DNA of 64,000 nucleotides from a bacterium (GTDB lineage Bacteria > Bacteroidota > Bacteroidia > Chitinophagales > JADIYW01), in contig JBBCIS010000001.1 in NCBI GenBank assembly GCA_037189845.1, positions 327,654 through 391,653 on the forward strand. The letters run 5' to 3'. The notes under the pieces are model-generated. The model did no database searches. It worked only from the letters and a program-made list of their open reading frames with translations, and was not told where the DNA came from. Position 1 is the stretch's first letter. Each line of letters opens with the position of its first letter. The translations under genes were made by a program, and so were the position numbers. Shown piece by piece: positions 29,876 through 38,114 of the stretch.

Positions 29876-32386
29876 ATGAAAGAGCTGCTGTCAATTATTT
29901 CTACCGTTTTATTTTTTAGTATTCAGGCTAATTCACAAAATATTGGAATCAATTATAACGGAGCTAATCCTGACAATTCAGCCATACTGGATGTCAGCTC
30001 TCCTGACAAAGGATTGCTGATACCAAGAGTCGCACTGGTGGCTACTAATAATGCTTCGCCCGTCGCTTCACCTGCTACAGCTCTTCTGGTGTACAATACT
30101 GCTACAGTAAATGATGTGACTCCGGGATATTACTACAATGCAGGCACTCCGGTTGCACCACTTTGGGTAAGATTACTGATAAAACAGGATACCGGAGAAA
30201 ATTGGTCACTCAATGGCAATTCAGGAACAATTGATGGTACTCATTTCATAGGAACGACGGATGACATTCCTTTGAATTTCAGAGTCAATAATCAGCCTGC
30301 CGGGAGGGTGGATAGCTCAAGCCGAATCACATCATTCGGATTTCAAGCTCTGGAGAACAATATTTCCCGTGACAATACAGCTATAGGATTCAGAGCATTA
30401 AATGCCAATGTATCAGGAGAATACAATACTGCTATGGGAGTTGCTGCGCTTTTATCAAATATTTCCGGTCTGAGAAATACAGCCATTGGCTATACAAGTC
30501 TTTATTGCAATACTACAGGGCACAATAACACGGCTACCGGAATGAGAGCATTAACAGCAAATGTTACAGGAAATGATAATACCGCTACAGGAGCTCTTAC
30601 ATTATCCTATAATACCATAGGAGAGCGGAATACAGCCACAGGTTATGAATCACTTTCTACTAATATTAGTGGGAGCAGGAATACGGCTGCCGGTTACAGA
30701 GCGCTTTATTCTAATACCACCGGGAATGAAAATACAGCTACCGGAGCGAATTCGCTTTCCAGTAATTCTACAGGTGAACGTAATACAGCAAATGGCTATA
30801 TGGTTCTTTATAATAATACTACCGGGGGAAGAAATACAGCTTCAGGCTATGCGTCTCTTTATCACAATACTATTGGGGTGCAAAATGCTGCGACTGGCTA
30901 TCAGGCACTTGGAAATAATACAGAGGGTAATGCTAATACTGCGATGGGTAACAATGTTCTTTTTAGTAATACTACCGGAAGTGACAACACTGCTATAGGT
31001 AGTGGCGCTCTTTATTCCAATACCACAGCGAGCGGAAATACAGCTATAGGCAATGATGCACTTGCCTTTAATACTACAGGAAGTGAAAATCTGGGAATAG
31101 GAGCTAAAGCACTTTATCGCAATTCGACAGGGATTCGGAATACTGCTAGTGGCTACGAAAGTCTTCATTCAAACACCACCGGAGAGTTGAATACAGCTGT
31201 TGGTTTTTCAACGCTTTATTCTAATACTACCGGTAGTGAAAATGTAGCCTCTGGTGCCGGAGCACTTTATAGCAATACTATCGGTGTCAGAAATACGGCT
31301 ACCGGATACAGGGCGTTATATACAAATACTACCAGCAGTCACAATACAGCAGTCGGATTTCAGACACTTACCTTAAATAGAGGTAATGGCAATACAGCCG
31401 TGGGCAATAATGCGCTCAGTGCCAATACTACAGGAAATGATAATGTTGCCATTGGTAGTGGTGCGCTTATGTTGAATACCACGGCAACCGGTAACACAGC
31501 TGTGGGCAATGATGCGCTTTATCAGAATACTTCAGGAATAAACAATACTGCCATCGGTCAAAAAACACTCATGAATAATACCACAGGTGAATCGAATACA
31601 GCTACTGGTAGTTATTCTATGACATTTACCACAGGTACAGGAAATACCGGAAATGGTTATCTGGCACTTTATCTAAATGTTTCAGGGAGCTACAATACTG
31701 CTATGGGTATGCGCGCACTCAATATAAACAGAGCAGGAAGAAATAATTCTGCATTTGGGTGTGAAGCACTCTATAATAATTATGTAGGAATCAATAACAC
31801 TGCTGTGGGTTATCGGGCAGCATACACGCTTCCTGACAATGTAAATAATACCACAGTGATTGGTTCTAATGCAGGATTCAGCACTACAGTAAGTAATCAT
31901 GTTAATATCGGGAATACCAATGTTGTCTGGATAGGTGGCCAGGTCAACTGGGGTACTTATTCTGACAAAAGAATGAAAACAGACATTCAACAAAATGTTC
32001 CGGGACTGGAATTTATTGCAAAACTCAATCCGGTGACCTATCGTCTGGATATTCGTCAGCAGGACAAAATCGGGAATGCCAACAGCTTGAACAGACAAAT
32101 TCTTGAAGAGCAGGATGAAGTCGACTATCCTGAAAAATACGATATAGAAAAAATTATCTTCAGTGGTTTTCTTGCTCAGGAAGTAGAGCAGGCAGCGCAG
32201 GAGGTAGGTTATGATTTCAGTGGAGTAGAAGCTCCCGGAGAAAAAGGAGGTTTATACAGTATCCGATATGCCGAGTTTGTTGTTCCGCTCGTAAAAGCCG
32301 TACAGGAGCTCAAAGCAGAGAATGATGAACTGAAATCTAATTACGAAAAACTATTACAGCGACTGGAAAGAATAGAAAACAGATAA
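29876..32386 (+). CDS. secreted tail-fibre-like repeat protein with C-terminal intramolecular-chaperone (peptidase S74-like) domain
   Basis: The start is moved to MKELLSIISTVLFFSIQANSQ (signal peptide). About 100 consecutive variations of the NTAxGxxALxxNTTG unit follow. The C-terminus SDKRMKTDIQQNVPGLEFIAKLNPVTYRLD...GFLAQEVEQAAQEVGYDFSGV plus a coiled coil is typical of endosialidase-chaperone domains. Confidence 0.8.
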   Translation: MKELLSIISTVLFFSIQANSQNIGINYNGANPDNSAILDVSSPDKGLLIPRVALVATNNASPVASPATALLVYNTATVNDVTPGYYYNAGTPVAPLWVRLLIKQDTGENWSLNGNSGTIDGTHFIGTTDDIPLNFRVNNQPAGRVDSSSRITSFGFQALENNISRDNTAIGFRALNANVSGEYNTAMGVAALLSNISGLRNTAIGYTSLYCNTTGHNNTATGMRALTANVTGNDNTATGALTLSYNTIGERNTATGYESLSTNISGSRNTAAGYRALYSNTTGNENTATGANSLSSNSTGERNTANGYMVLYNNTTGGRNTASGYASLYHNTIGVQNAATGYQALGNNTEGNANTAMGNNVLFSNTTGSDNTAIGSGALYSNTTASGNTAIGNDALAFNTTGSENLGIGAKALYRNSTGIRNTASGYESLHSNTTGELNTAVGFSTLYSNTTGSENVASGAGALYSNTIGVRNTATGYRALYTNTTSSHNTAVGFQTLTLNRGNGNTAVGNNALSANTTGNDNVAIGSGALMLNTTATGNTAVGNDALYQNTSGINNTAIGQKTLMNNTTGESNTATGSYSMTFTTGTGNTGNGYLALYLNVSGSYNTAMGMRALNINRAGRNNSAFGCEALYNNYVGINNTAVGYRAAYTLPDNVNNTTVIGSNAGFSTTVSNHVNIGNTNVVWIGGQVNWGTYSDKRMKTDIQQNVPGLEFIAKLNPVTYRLDIRQQDKIGNANSLNRQILEEQDEVDYPEKYDIEKIIFSGFLAQEVEQAAQEVGYDFSGVEAPGEKGGLYSIRYAEFVVPLVKAVQELKAENDELKSNYEKLLQRLERIENR

Positions 32387-32530
32387 GGGTAAGGAGCTGA
32401 AAGTTATACAGGATAGCGCTTGGGGATACAGGTAAATAGAACTTCCAAAGTTAAAAAATCTCTACAGCACTCACGGAAAACAACAGTTTAAACTCTTTGG
32501 TTGCTCTATAGGTTTTTAAAAAGCTGATAA

Positions 32531-32554
32531 ATAATATACCAATCGGTATATTAT
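32531..32554. promoter_or_regulatory. palindromic operator (candidate TetR site) upstream of the tetR-like gene
   Basis: ataatatacc-aatc-ggtatattat has perfect 10-nt inverted arms, 27 nt upstream of the ATG at 32581. Confidence 0.65.
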
Positions 32555-32580
32555 TTGCGAAAACTTTGTACATTTACACC

Positions 32581-33174
32581 ATGTCCGGCAAAGCAGAGCG
32601 TACCAAACAATTCATCGTAGAAAAAACATCACCTGTTTTCAATCAGAAAGGGTATGCAGGCACCTCTATACAGGATCTGATGCAGGCGACTGGATTGTCC
32701 AAAGGAAGCATTTACGGCAATTTTGACAACAAGGACGAAGTCGCCATTGCAGCATTTGAGCACAACTTCGGAAAAGTAGTGGATCATCTCAAATCACAGA
32801 TATCCGTTCGCAACAATGCTGTTGATAAGCTGCTGGTATATCCTGATACCTACAAACGCTTTTTTCAGATACCATTTTTGCAATATGGATGCCCGTTGCT
32901 GAACACTTCCACAGAAGCAGATGATACCCATCCCATACTCAGAGAGAAAGCGCAGAAAGCACATTTCTACTGGAAAAGATCTTTGATGCATATCGTAGAA
33001 GAAGGAAAAAATGACGGAACTATCCGGACAGACGTTTCCACTGAAGAATTTACCAATATCATGGTCGCATTGATCGAAGGCGGTATCATGCAGGCTAAGC
33101 TCACCGGAAAATCAGAAGACATTTATATCACCATGAAATACCTTGAAAAAATCATACTCGAACTGAAATCATAA
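32581..33174 (+). CDS. TetR/AcrR-family transcriptional regulator
   Basis: N-terminal HTH (FNQKGYAGTSIQDLMQATGLSKGSIYGNFDNKDEV). The start is moved from the TTG (32566) to the ATG. Confidence 0.88.
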   Translation: MSGKAERTKQFIVEKTSPVFNQKGYAGTSIQDLMQATGLSKGSIYGNFDNKDEVAIAAFEHNFGKVVDHLKSQISVRNNAVDKLLVYPDTYKRFFQIPFLQYGCPLLNTSTEADDTHPILREKAQKAHFYWKRSLMHIVEEGKNDGTIRTDVSTEEFTNIMVALIEGGIMQAKLTGKSEDIYITMKYLEKIILELKS

Positions 33175-33186
33175 TTTTTTTACCCA

Positions 33187-33210
33187 AAAATATACCGATT
33201 GGTATATTTT
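33187..33210. promoter_or_regulatory. second copy of the palindromic operator, upstream of the thiolase gene
   Basis: aaaatatacc-gatt-ggtatatttt. Its 20-nt core is the exact reverse complement of the core at 32533..32552. It lies 18 nt upstream of the ATG at 33228. Confidence 0.65.
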
Positions 33211-33227
33211 AAAATAAAACCACAAAA

Positions 33228-34403
33228 ATGAAAGAAGTATATATCGTAGCAGCAAAAAGAACGCCCATCGGCGGTTTTTTGGGTGCGTTGTCTCACATAT
33301 CTGCTACCAGATTAGGTGCGATCGCTATTCAGAGTGCTTTGCAATCCCGGCAGATTCAACCCGAATGGATTCAATCCGTGTACATGGGCAACGTTCTTTC
33401 TGCCAATCTCGGACAGGCGCCAGCCAGGCAGGCTTCGAAATTTGCAGGACTACCCGATACCGTAGAAAGTACGACCATCAATAAAGTCTGCTCTTCCGGT
33501 ATGAAAGCGACCACGATAGGAGCACAGCAGATTCAGCTTGGACTGGAAGATATGGTCGTGACAGGCGGCATGGAAAACATGAGCCAGGTGCCGCACTACA
33601 AAAATCTTCGCTGCATCACCAAGCTGGGACATGAAGAGCTCACAGACGGATTGCTAAAAGATGGTTTGACAGATGTCTATCACCAGTATCACATGGGTCT
33701 TGCAGCCGAATTATGCGTTGATACTTACCATTTTTCCAGAGAACAGCAGGATGCTTATGCCTTACAATCTTATCAGAGAGCGAAAGAAGCGACCGCATCC
33801 GGGAAATTTGAGCAGGAAATCGCACCCGTTCCTCTTTCTTCAAAAGAGGATGGTGAGCAGCTGACCCGGGATGAAGATATCTTCAAGCTGAAAGAAGAAA
33901 AAGTGCCCTCGCTGCCTCCTGCGTTCAAACAGGGTGGAACAGTGACCGCTGCCAATGCCAGCAATTTAAACGACGGCGCAGCAGCTTTGGTACTGGCTTC
34001 AAAAGAAGCAGTAGAAAAATACCGGCTTAAGCCTCTGGCAAAAATCATAGCGTATGCAGATGCAGCGCAGGCGCCTGAGTGGTTCACTACTTCTCCGTCA
34101 GTTGCCATTCAAAAACTGTTGTCCTCCGTACAGATGACGATAGAAGATATCGACTACTTTGAAATCAATGAAGCCTATGCGGCAGTTGCGCTGGCCAATC
34201 AGCAGATACTGAATATCCCTTCCGGAAAGCTGAATATCTACGGCGGAGCAGTTGCGGTAGGACATCCGCTAGGAGCTTCCGGGGCACGCATCATTTGCAC
34301 CTTATTATCCGTACTGAGAAATGAAAAAGGCAGAAACGGAATTGCCGCTATCTGCAACGGCGGGGGTGGAGCGACAGCCATTTTAATCGAAAACTTACAA
34401 TAA
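33228..34403 (+). CDS. acetyl-CoA C-acetyltransferase (thiolase II)
   Basis: 391 aa with INKVCSSGMKA (active-site Cys), NEAYAA, GHPLGASGAR and CNGGGGA, the full thiolase signature set. Confidence 0.93.
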   Translation: MKEVYIVAAKRTPIGGFLGALSHISATRLGAIAIQSALQSRQIQPEWIQSVYMGNVLSANLGQAPARQASKFAGLPDTVESTTINKVCSSGMKATTIGAQQIQLGLEDMVVTGGMENMSQVPHYKNLRCITKLGHEELTDGLLKDGLTDVYHQYHMGLAAELCVDTYHFSREQQDAYALQSYQRAKEATASGKFEQEIAPVPLSSKEDGEQLTRDEDIFKLKEEKVPSLPPAFKQGGTVTAANASNLNDGAAALVLASKEAVEKYRLKPLAKIIAYADAAQAPEWFTTSPSVAIQKLLSSVQMTIEDIDYFEINEAYAAVALANQQILNIPSGKLNIYGGAVAVGHPLGASGARIICTLLSVLRNEKGRNGIAAICNGGGGATAILIENLQ

Positions 34404-34410
34404 TTTTTCC

Positions 34411-34902
34411 ATGACTGCTATAGAAAAACAACCATCCAGCCGGCACAAGATCAGGTTTGTAGACTGCGACCCGTTCAACCATCTGAACAATGCCAAATAC
34501 ATCGACTACATCATAGAAGCCCGCGAAGACCAGATGCTGAAATGCTACGATCTGGATATTTACGCACTGGCGAAAAACACCGGAACATCCTGGGTGGTAG
34601 CACAGAATCAGATCGCCTATCTGTCACCTGCCCGGTTGATGGAGACCGTCATTATCGATACACAGCTGATTGCATTTGACGAGAAAACCATTCTGCTCGA
34701 AGGCACGATGTGGAATGCCGATAAAAGCAAGCTGAAAGCAGTCATGTGGTCAAAGCAGGTACATTTCAATCTCCGTACCCAGCGAAGTCAGCACCATAGC
34801 GATGAAAATCTGCAGTTTTTTGAAAATATACATTCACCTCTATCTGAGCCCATGAATTTTGAGCAGAGAGTTTATACGAATTGTAATTTCAAAACTAAAT
34901 AG
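34411..34902 (+). CDS. acyl-CoA thioesterase, 4HBT/YbgC-like hotdog fold
   Basis: 163 aa. RFVDCDPFNHLNNAKYIDY is the typical 4HBT catalytic-Asp N-terminus. It lies 7 nt after the thiolase. Confidence 0.75.
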   Translation: MTAIEKQPSSRHKIRFVDCDPFNHLNNAKYIDYIIEAREDQMLKCYDLDIYALAKNTGTSWVVAQNQIAYLSPARLMETVIIDTQLIAFDEKTILLEGTMWNADKSKLKAVMWSKQVHFNLRTQRSQHHSDENLQFFENIHSPLSEPMNFEQRVYTNCNFKTK

Positions 34903-35033
34903 TTTTTGAAATTTTACAATCGTTAATGCCGATGTAGCAGTCAAATAGACCAATGAGACAAAGTTGATATTGGTCTATATTGAATGCACAATCGGTACTA
35001 GAGCTTCAGATAAAGTTTTTTGTTAGTTGCCGG

Positions 35034-35071
35034 ACACCGGATGCTTAGTAAGGCTTCGGTGTTTTTTTTTT
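35034..35071 (+). terminator. candidate rho-independent terminator after the thioesterase gene
   Basis: acaccg...cggtgt stem followed by a run of ten T. The loop is long, so the call is only moderate. Confidence 0.5.
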
Positions 35072-35145
35072 ATACGAATTGTAATTTTAAAATAGCCCGA
35101 TATTTTAAAATTTTACAATCGTTAATCGGTATAAGATGAATATTT

Positions 35146-35213
35146 GGACAGCTATTCCGGCTTTCGGTTCCTACCCTCCGTTACACTTCGGATACCACCT
35201 CTATCCGGGCTGC
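35146..35213 (-). repeat. GC-rich intergenic repeat, family R, copy 3 (inverted, shorter)
   Basis: ggacagctattccggctttcgg...cctctatccgggctgc equals the reverse complement of the ends of 3969..4058. It sits at the left border of the Qat island. Confidence 0.65.
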
Positions 35214-35280
35214 GGAAATACAATAGGATGATTTGATTGTTAGAAACTATCAGATTAATTTCTAAGAATAGAATTTGGGA

Positions 35281-36015
35281 TTATTTAACAATGCTTGATA
35301 ACAATCTCTTGAAGTTATTTGAGATAATCTGTTCAACCTCGCTTAAAGGCATATTCCATATAAGAGAAAAATATTTGTAAACCTCAATAACATCCTGAGA
35401 TTTTATAGGTCTCTTGTTTATTTCAATAAAAGGCCCATCTGTCTCAGTTAATAATTTATTTTTGGGAACTCTTTCAATAATATTCTTTCCTGTTTCTGAT
35501 TTTACCATTGCAGGATTAATAGAGAAAAAGTATCCTGCTTTAGCAATAGAGTCAATCAAATTTAAGCCTCCTGAATACCAATGAAAAATTGCAGATTGTA
35601 TATTGTTTTCTATTAAGAGGCCTAAAACTTCTTTCTCTGCTTTTCGGGAATGAATACTCAATATTTTTTTTTGTCCTGAAATAATCTTAAGTATTTTAGA
35701 AAAGGTATCTATCTGAATATCTTTTGTAGATATACCTTCTTTGGAAAAGTCCAAACCAACTTCTCCGATATACGATGTTTTACTAACGTTCTTTAGGAAT
35801 AAATCAAACTCCTTTTTATGCGAATCAGCCATTAAGGGATGCATTCCTAAAGCCAATCTTATTTTTTTCAATGATTGAAAATGAATATATCCCATTTCAA
35901 AATGGCTTGGTAGATTGGTCATTGCTAATACAGTCATATCAGCGTTTACACAGTCTTGCAAAACCTTTTTAGGATTTGGATATAAATCTATATGGCAATG
36001 TGTATCAATAATCAT
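35281..36015 (-). CDS. qatD: TatD-family metal-dependent hydrolase/DNase (QatD-like)
   Basis: 244 aa with MIIDTHCHID (HxH), GEVGLD, SIHSR and TETDGPF, the TatD motif series. It overlaps the upstream gene by 4 nt. Confidence 0.85.
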   Translation of the reverse strand: MIIDTHCHIDLYPNPKKVLQDCVNADMTVLAMTNLPSHFEMGYIHFQSLKKIRLALGMHPLMADSHKKEFDLFLKNVSKTSYIGEVGLDFSKEGISTKDIQIDTFSKILKIISGQKKILSIHSRKAEKEVLGLLIENNIQSAIFHWYSGGLNLIDSIAKAGYFFSINPAMVKSETGKNIIERVPKNKLLTETDGPFIEINKRPIKSQDVIEVYKYFSLIWNMPLSEVEQIISNNFKRLLSSIVK

Positions 36016-37370
36016 CTTATCCCTAACTCAGATTTTACAAATCTGCTTCCTTTGTCTCTAAATAATTTTAGAACTTCTGTTTTACTTCTTAATACCATTT
36101 CGGCATAATCCGTAAGACTATCAATGTCAATATTACCATTCACTAATAAATCTCTTTTCATTCTTTCCAATGGGATATTTCTTTTCAAGTAACTGAATAA
36201 TGCGGGTAAATCATTATTTCCTAAAGATGATATTTTTGTAATAAAATTTCCATACTGGTTTTCATTGTCCAAACCTGCTTTATTTAACGCCGCTCGCCTA
36301 TATATACAAGGCATACATCTTCCACAATTATGCTTCTCGTCAGGGTTGTCAAAATGAAATTGCCTTCTTCCTCTTTTTCCGCAGGAAACAGAATCTTGAT
36401 AAATATTCCTCAGAAATGGTTGATTTGTACATTCAACAAACATTTCTCCTTTAGTTTTAAATGTATAAGGATTATGTATTCTTGTTGACAACCCTAAATC
36501 TGCAAGTATTTCTTGAGTGTTTTTTAAAACATAAGGATGAGTTGTTCGTGTACTCAAAGAACTTACTCTTGACGGTGTAAGGGGGTAATTGATTGAAATT
36601 GTACCATTCTCAGGTATTATTAATTCATTAATTGGAGATAGATAGCAACCTAAGCCAATGAAAAATAGAGAGCGACTACGGTAATTGTTTTCTATAGTTA
36701 CTCTATTTCCATCAGTATCTTTTCTTGATAGTGCTAATTTTGATTGTACCCAATATATTTTATTGGGATATTGAATCGTTAAACGCCTTAATAATGTTCT
36801 TTGGTCTCCATTCGGACCTGGTGATTTTGAATCAAAATGAGAAACTAAAAGTATTCTTTCATTATGACTAAGTTTTTCCAATTCATCAATAACTCCAATT
36901 AAAGAATCTAAACCACCTGAAAATAAACTTACGGATGCGATAGTGTCTTTTTCATAACGTGGAATTTTCCTTCTATTAGTACGTGGTTGAAACAAATCAA
37001 CATCTTCTATTTCTCGGAAAGAAATTTGCCAATTATCTCCTGTTAGAAAATCTAAAATCTGTTTTAATTTTTCTTCTTTACCACTCCAAACAGCTAAATT
37101 ATTCACAGGAAACTCTACTTCTATATCTCTTGTCCAACCATCATTTGAATAAATAGCCCGACTAAGTAAATTATCTACGCCATAAACTATTGCAGATACA
37201 AGAAAGAAATCAAATTTTACAGAAGTAAAATCAGTCGTGAAATCAAAAACTCTTTCGTAACCTAAGAAAGATAATGGAACTTTTCTATCCACTCCGTTGT
37301 CTATATAACAAAGCTGCAAATCTGAGAACTTGCCATAATCAGCGTCCTCAATAACTACGTTAACTCTCAT
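36012..37370 (-). CDS. qatC: QueC-like PP-loop ATPase with long N-terminal extension (QatC-like)
   Basis: 452 aa. SLFSGGLDS is the SGGxDS PP-loop, and HNCGRCMPCIYRR is the CxxCxxC Zn cluster of QueC. It is about twice the length of housekeeping QueC, and no queD/queE/folE neighbours are present. Confidence 0.85.
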   Translation of the reverse strand: MRVNVVIEDADYGKFSDLQLCYIDNGVDRKVPLSFLGYERVFDFTTDFTSVKFDFFLVSAIVYGVDNLLSRAIYSNDGWTRDIEVEFPVNNLAVWSGKEEKLKQILDFLTGDNWQISFREIEDVDLFQPRTNRRKIPRYEKDTIASVSLFSGGLDSLIGVIDELEKLSHNERILLVSHFDSKSPGPNGDQRTLLRRLTIQYPNKIYWVQSKLALSRKDTDGNRVTIENNYRSRSLFFIGLGCYLSPINELIIPENGTISINYPLTPSRVSSLSTRTTHPYVLKNTQEILADLGLSTRIHNPYTFKTKGEMFVECTNQPFLRNIYQDSVSCGKRGRRQFHFDNPDEKHNCGRCMPCIYRRAALNKAGLDNENQYGNFITKISSLGNNDLPALFSYLKRNIPLERMKRDLLVNGNIDIDSLTDYAEMVLRSKTEVLKLFRDKGSRFVKSELGIR

Positions 37371-37372
37371 AA

Positions 37373-38112
37373 CTATTCAAATACGGTTAATACATCTTGT
37401 TGAATATTTTTCACAAGCCTATCAGCTTCATCAGAACCCCAATCAATGTTTTGCAATGGATTTCTTTTGTGCATATCACCAACCCTTTCAACTATGAAAT
37501 TTTTTATTTGACTGAAAAGATTATTACAATCACTTTCGTTCTTGTTTTTTATTAAATTTTCATAGAACCACTTTGATAAAAGTTCATTAATGTAATACCC
37601 AAAATATTTATTATTACATCTTCCAAAGTATTGGTTGTAAATGTTTCTTGTAATAAAGTTTGCACTTCATCAATGGATTCAGCTTGTCCCATTAGTTCCT
37701 CCAATAGTAATCTTGTAGCTTCTTTCGCAGCGTTATCATCAATAGATGTTGCACTACCGGAACAATATTCAATCAAATGATTAATTACATCACCAACTGT
37801 TTTATTATCAATATCAGAAAGTCCTGTAGACTCAAGAGTTTCTCTAATATTGTTACCAGAACTAATAAACTTTGAAAAGACTCCTCCAATTTTCTTAGCG
37901 GTTCTAATACTGCTTCGTCCTCCTGCTTTTGAACCACCACGTCCTCCTGTTGATGCTCCGCCCAATGCAGAAACAAAATGCCCCATAATGTTTTGTAGCT
38001 TCTGAGTTGGAAGAACAGAAGAATCACAATTTGACGTAAGCGAAGAACTAAGCGTACCCCAATTCGGAACCATTGAGTGTTTCACATCAGAAAATGATTT
38101 AGATGTTCCCAT
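37373..38112 (-). CDS. qatB: QatB-like small protein, interrupted by a -1 frameshift (two frames: 37552..38112 and 37373..~37603)
   Basis: The 186-aa tracked ORF (MGTSKSF...) stops at 37552. The -1 frame is open from 37669 to the TAG at 37373 and reads ...GYYINELLSKWFYENLIKNKNESDCNNLFSQIKNFIVERVGDMHKRNPLQNIDWGSDEADRLVKNIQQDVLTVFE. It ends 2 nt before the qatC ATG. Position in the operon is the main basis for the QatB call. Confidence 0.6.
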
Positions 38113-38114
38113 TT

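Noticed and set aside
30300-31900. Strong short-period repetition that could be mistaken for a CRISPR or tandem-repeat array.
   Set aside because: The period is about 42-45 nt without repeat/spacer alternation, and it lies entirely within one long ORF. It encodes the NTAxGxxALxxNTTG protein repeat.
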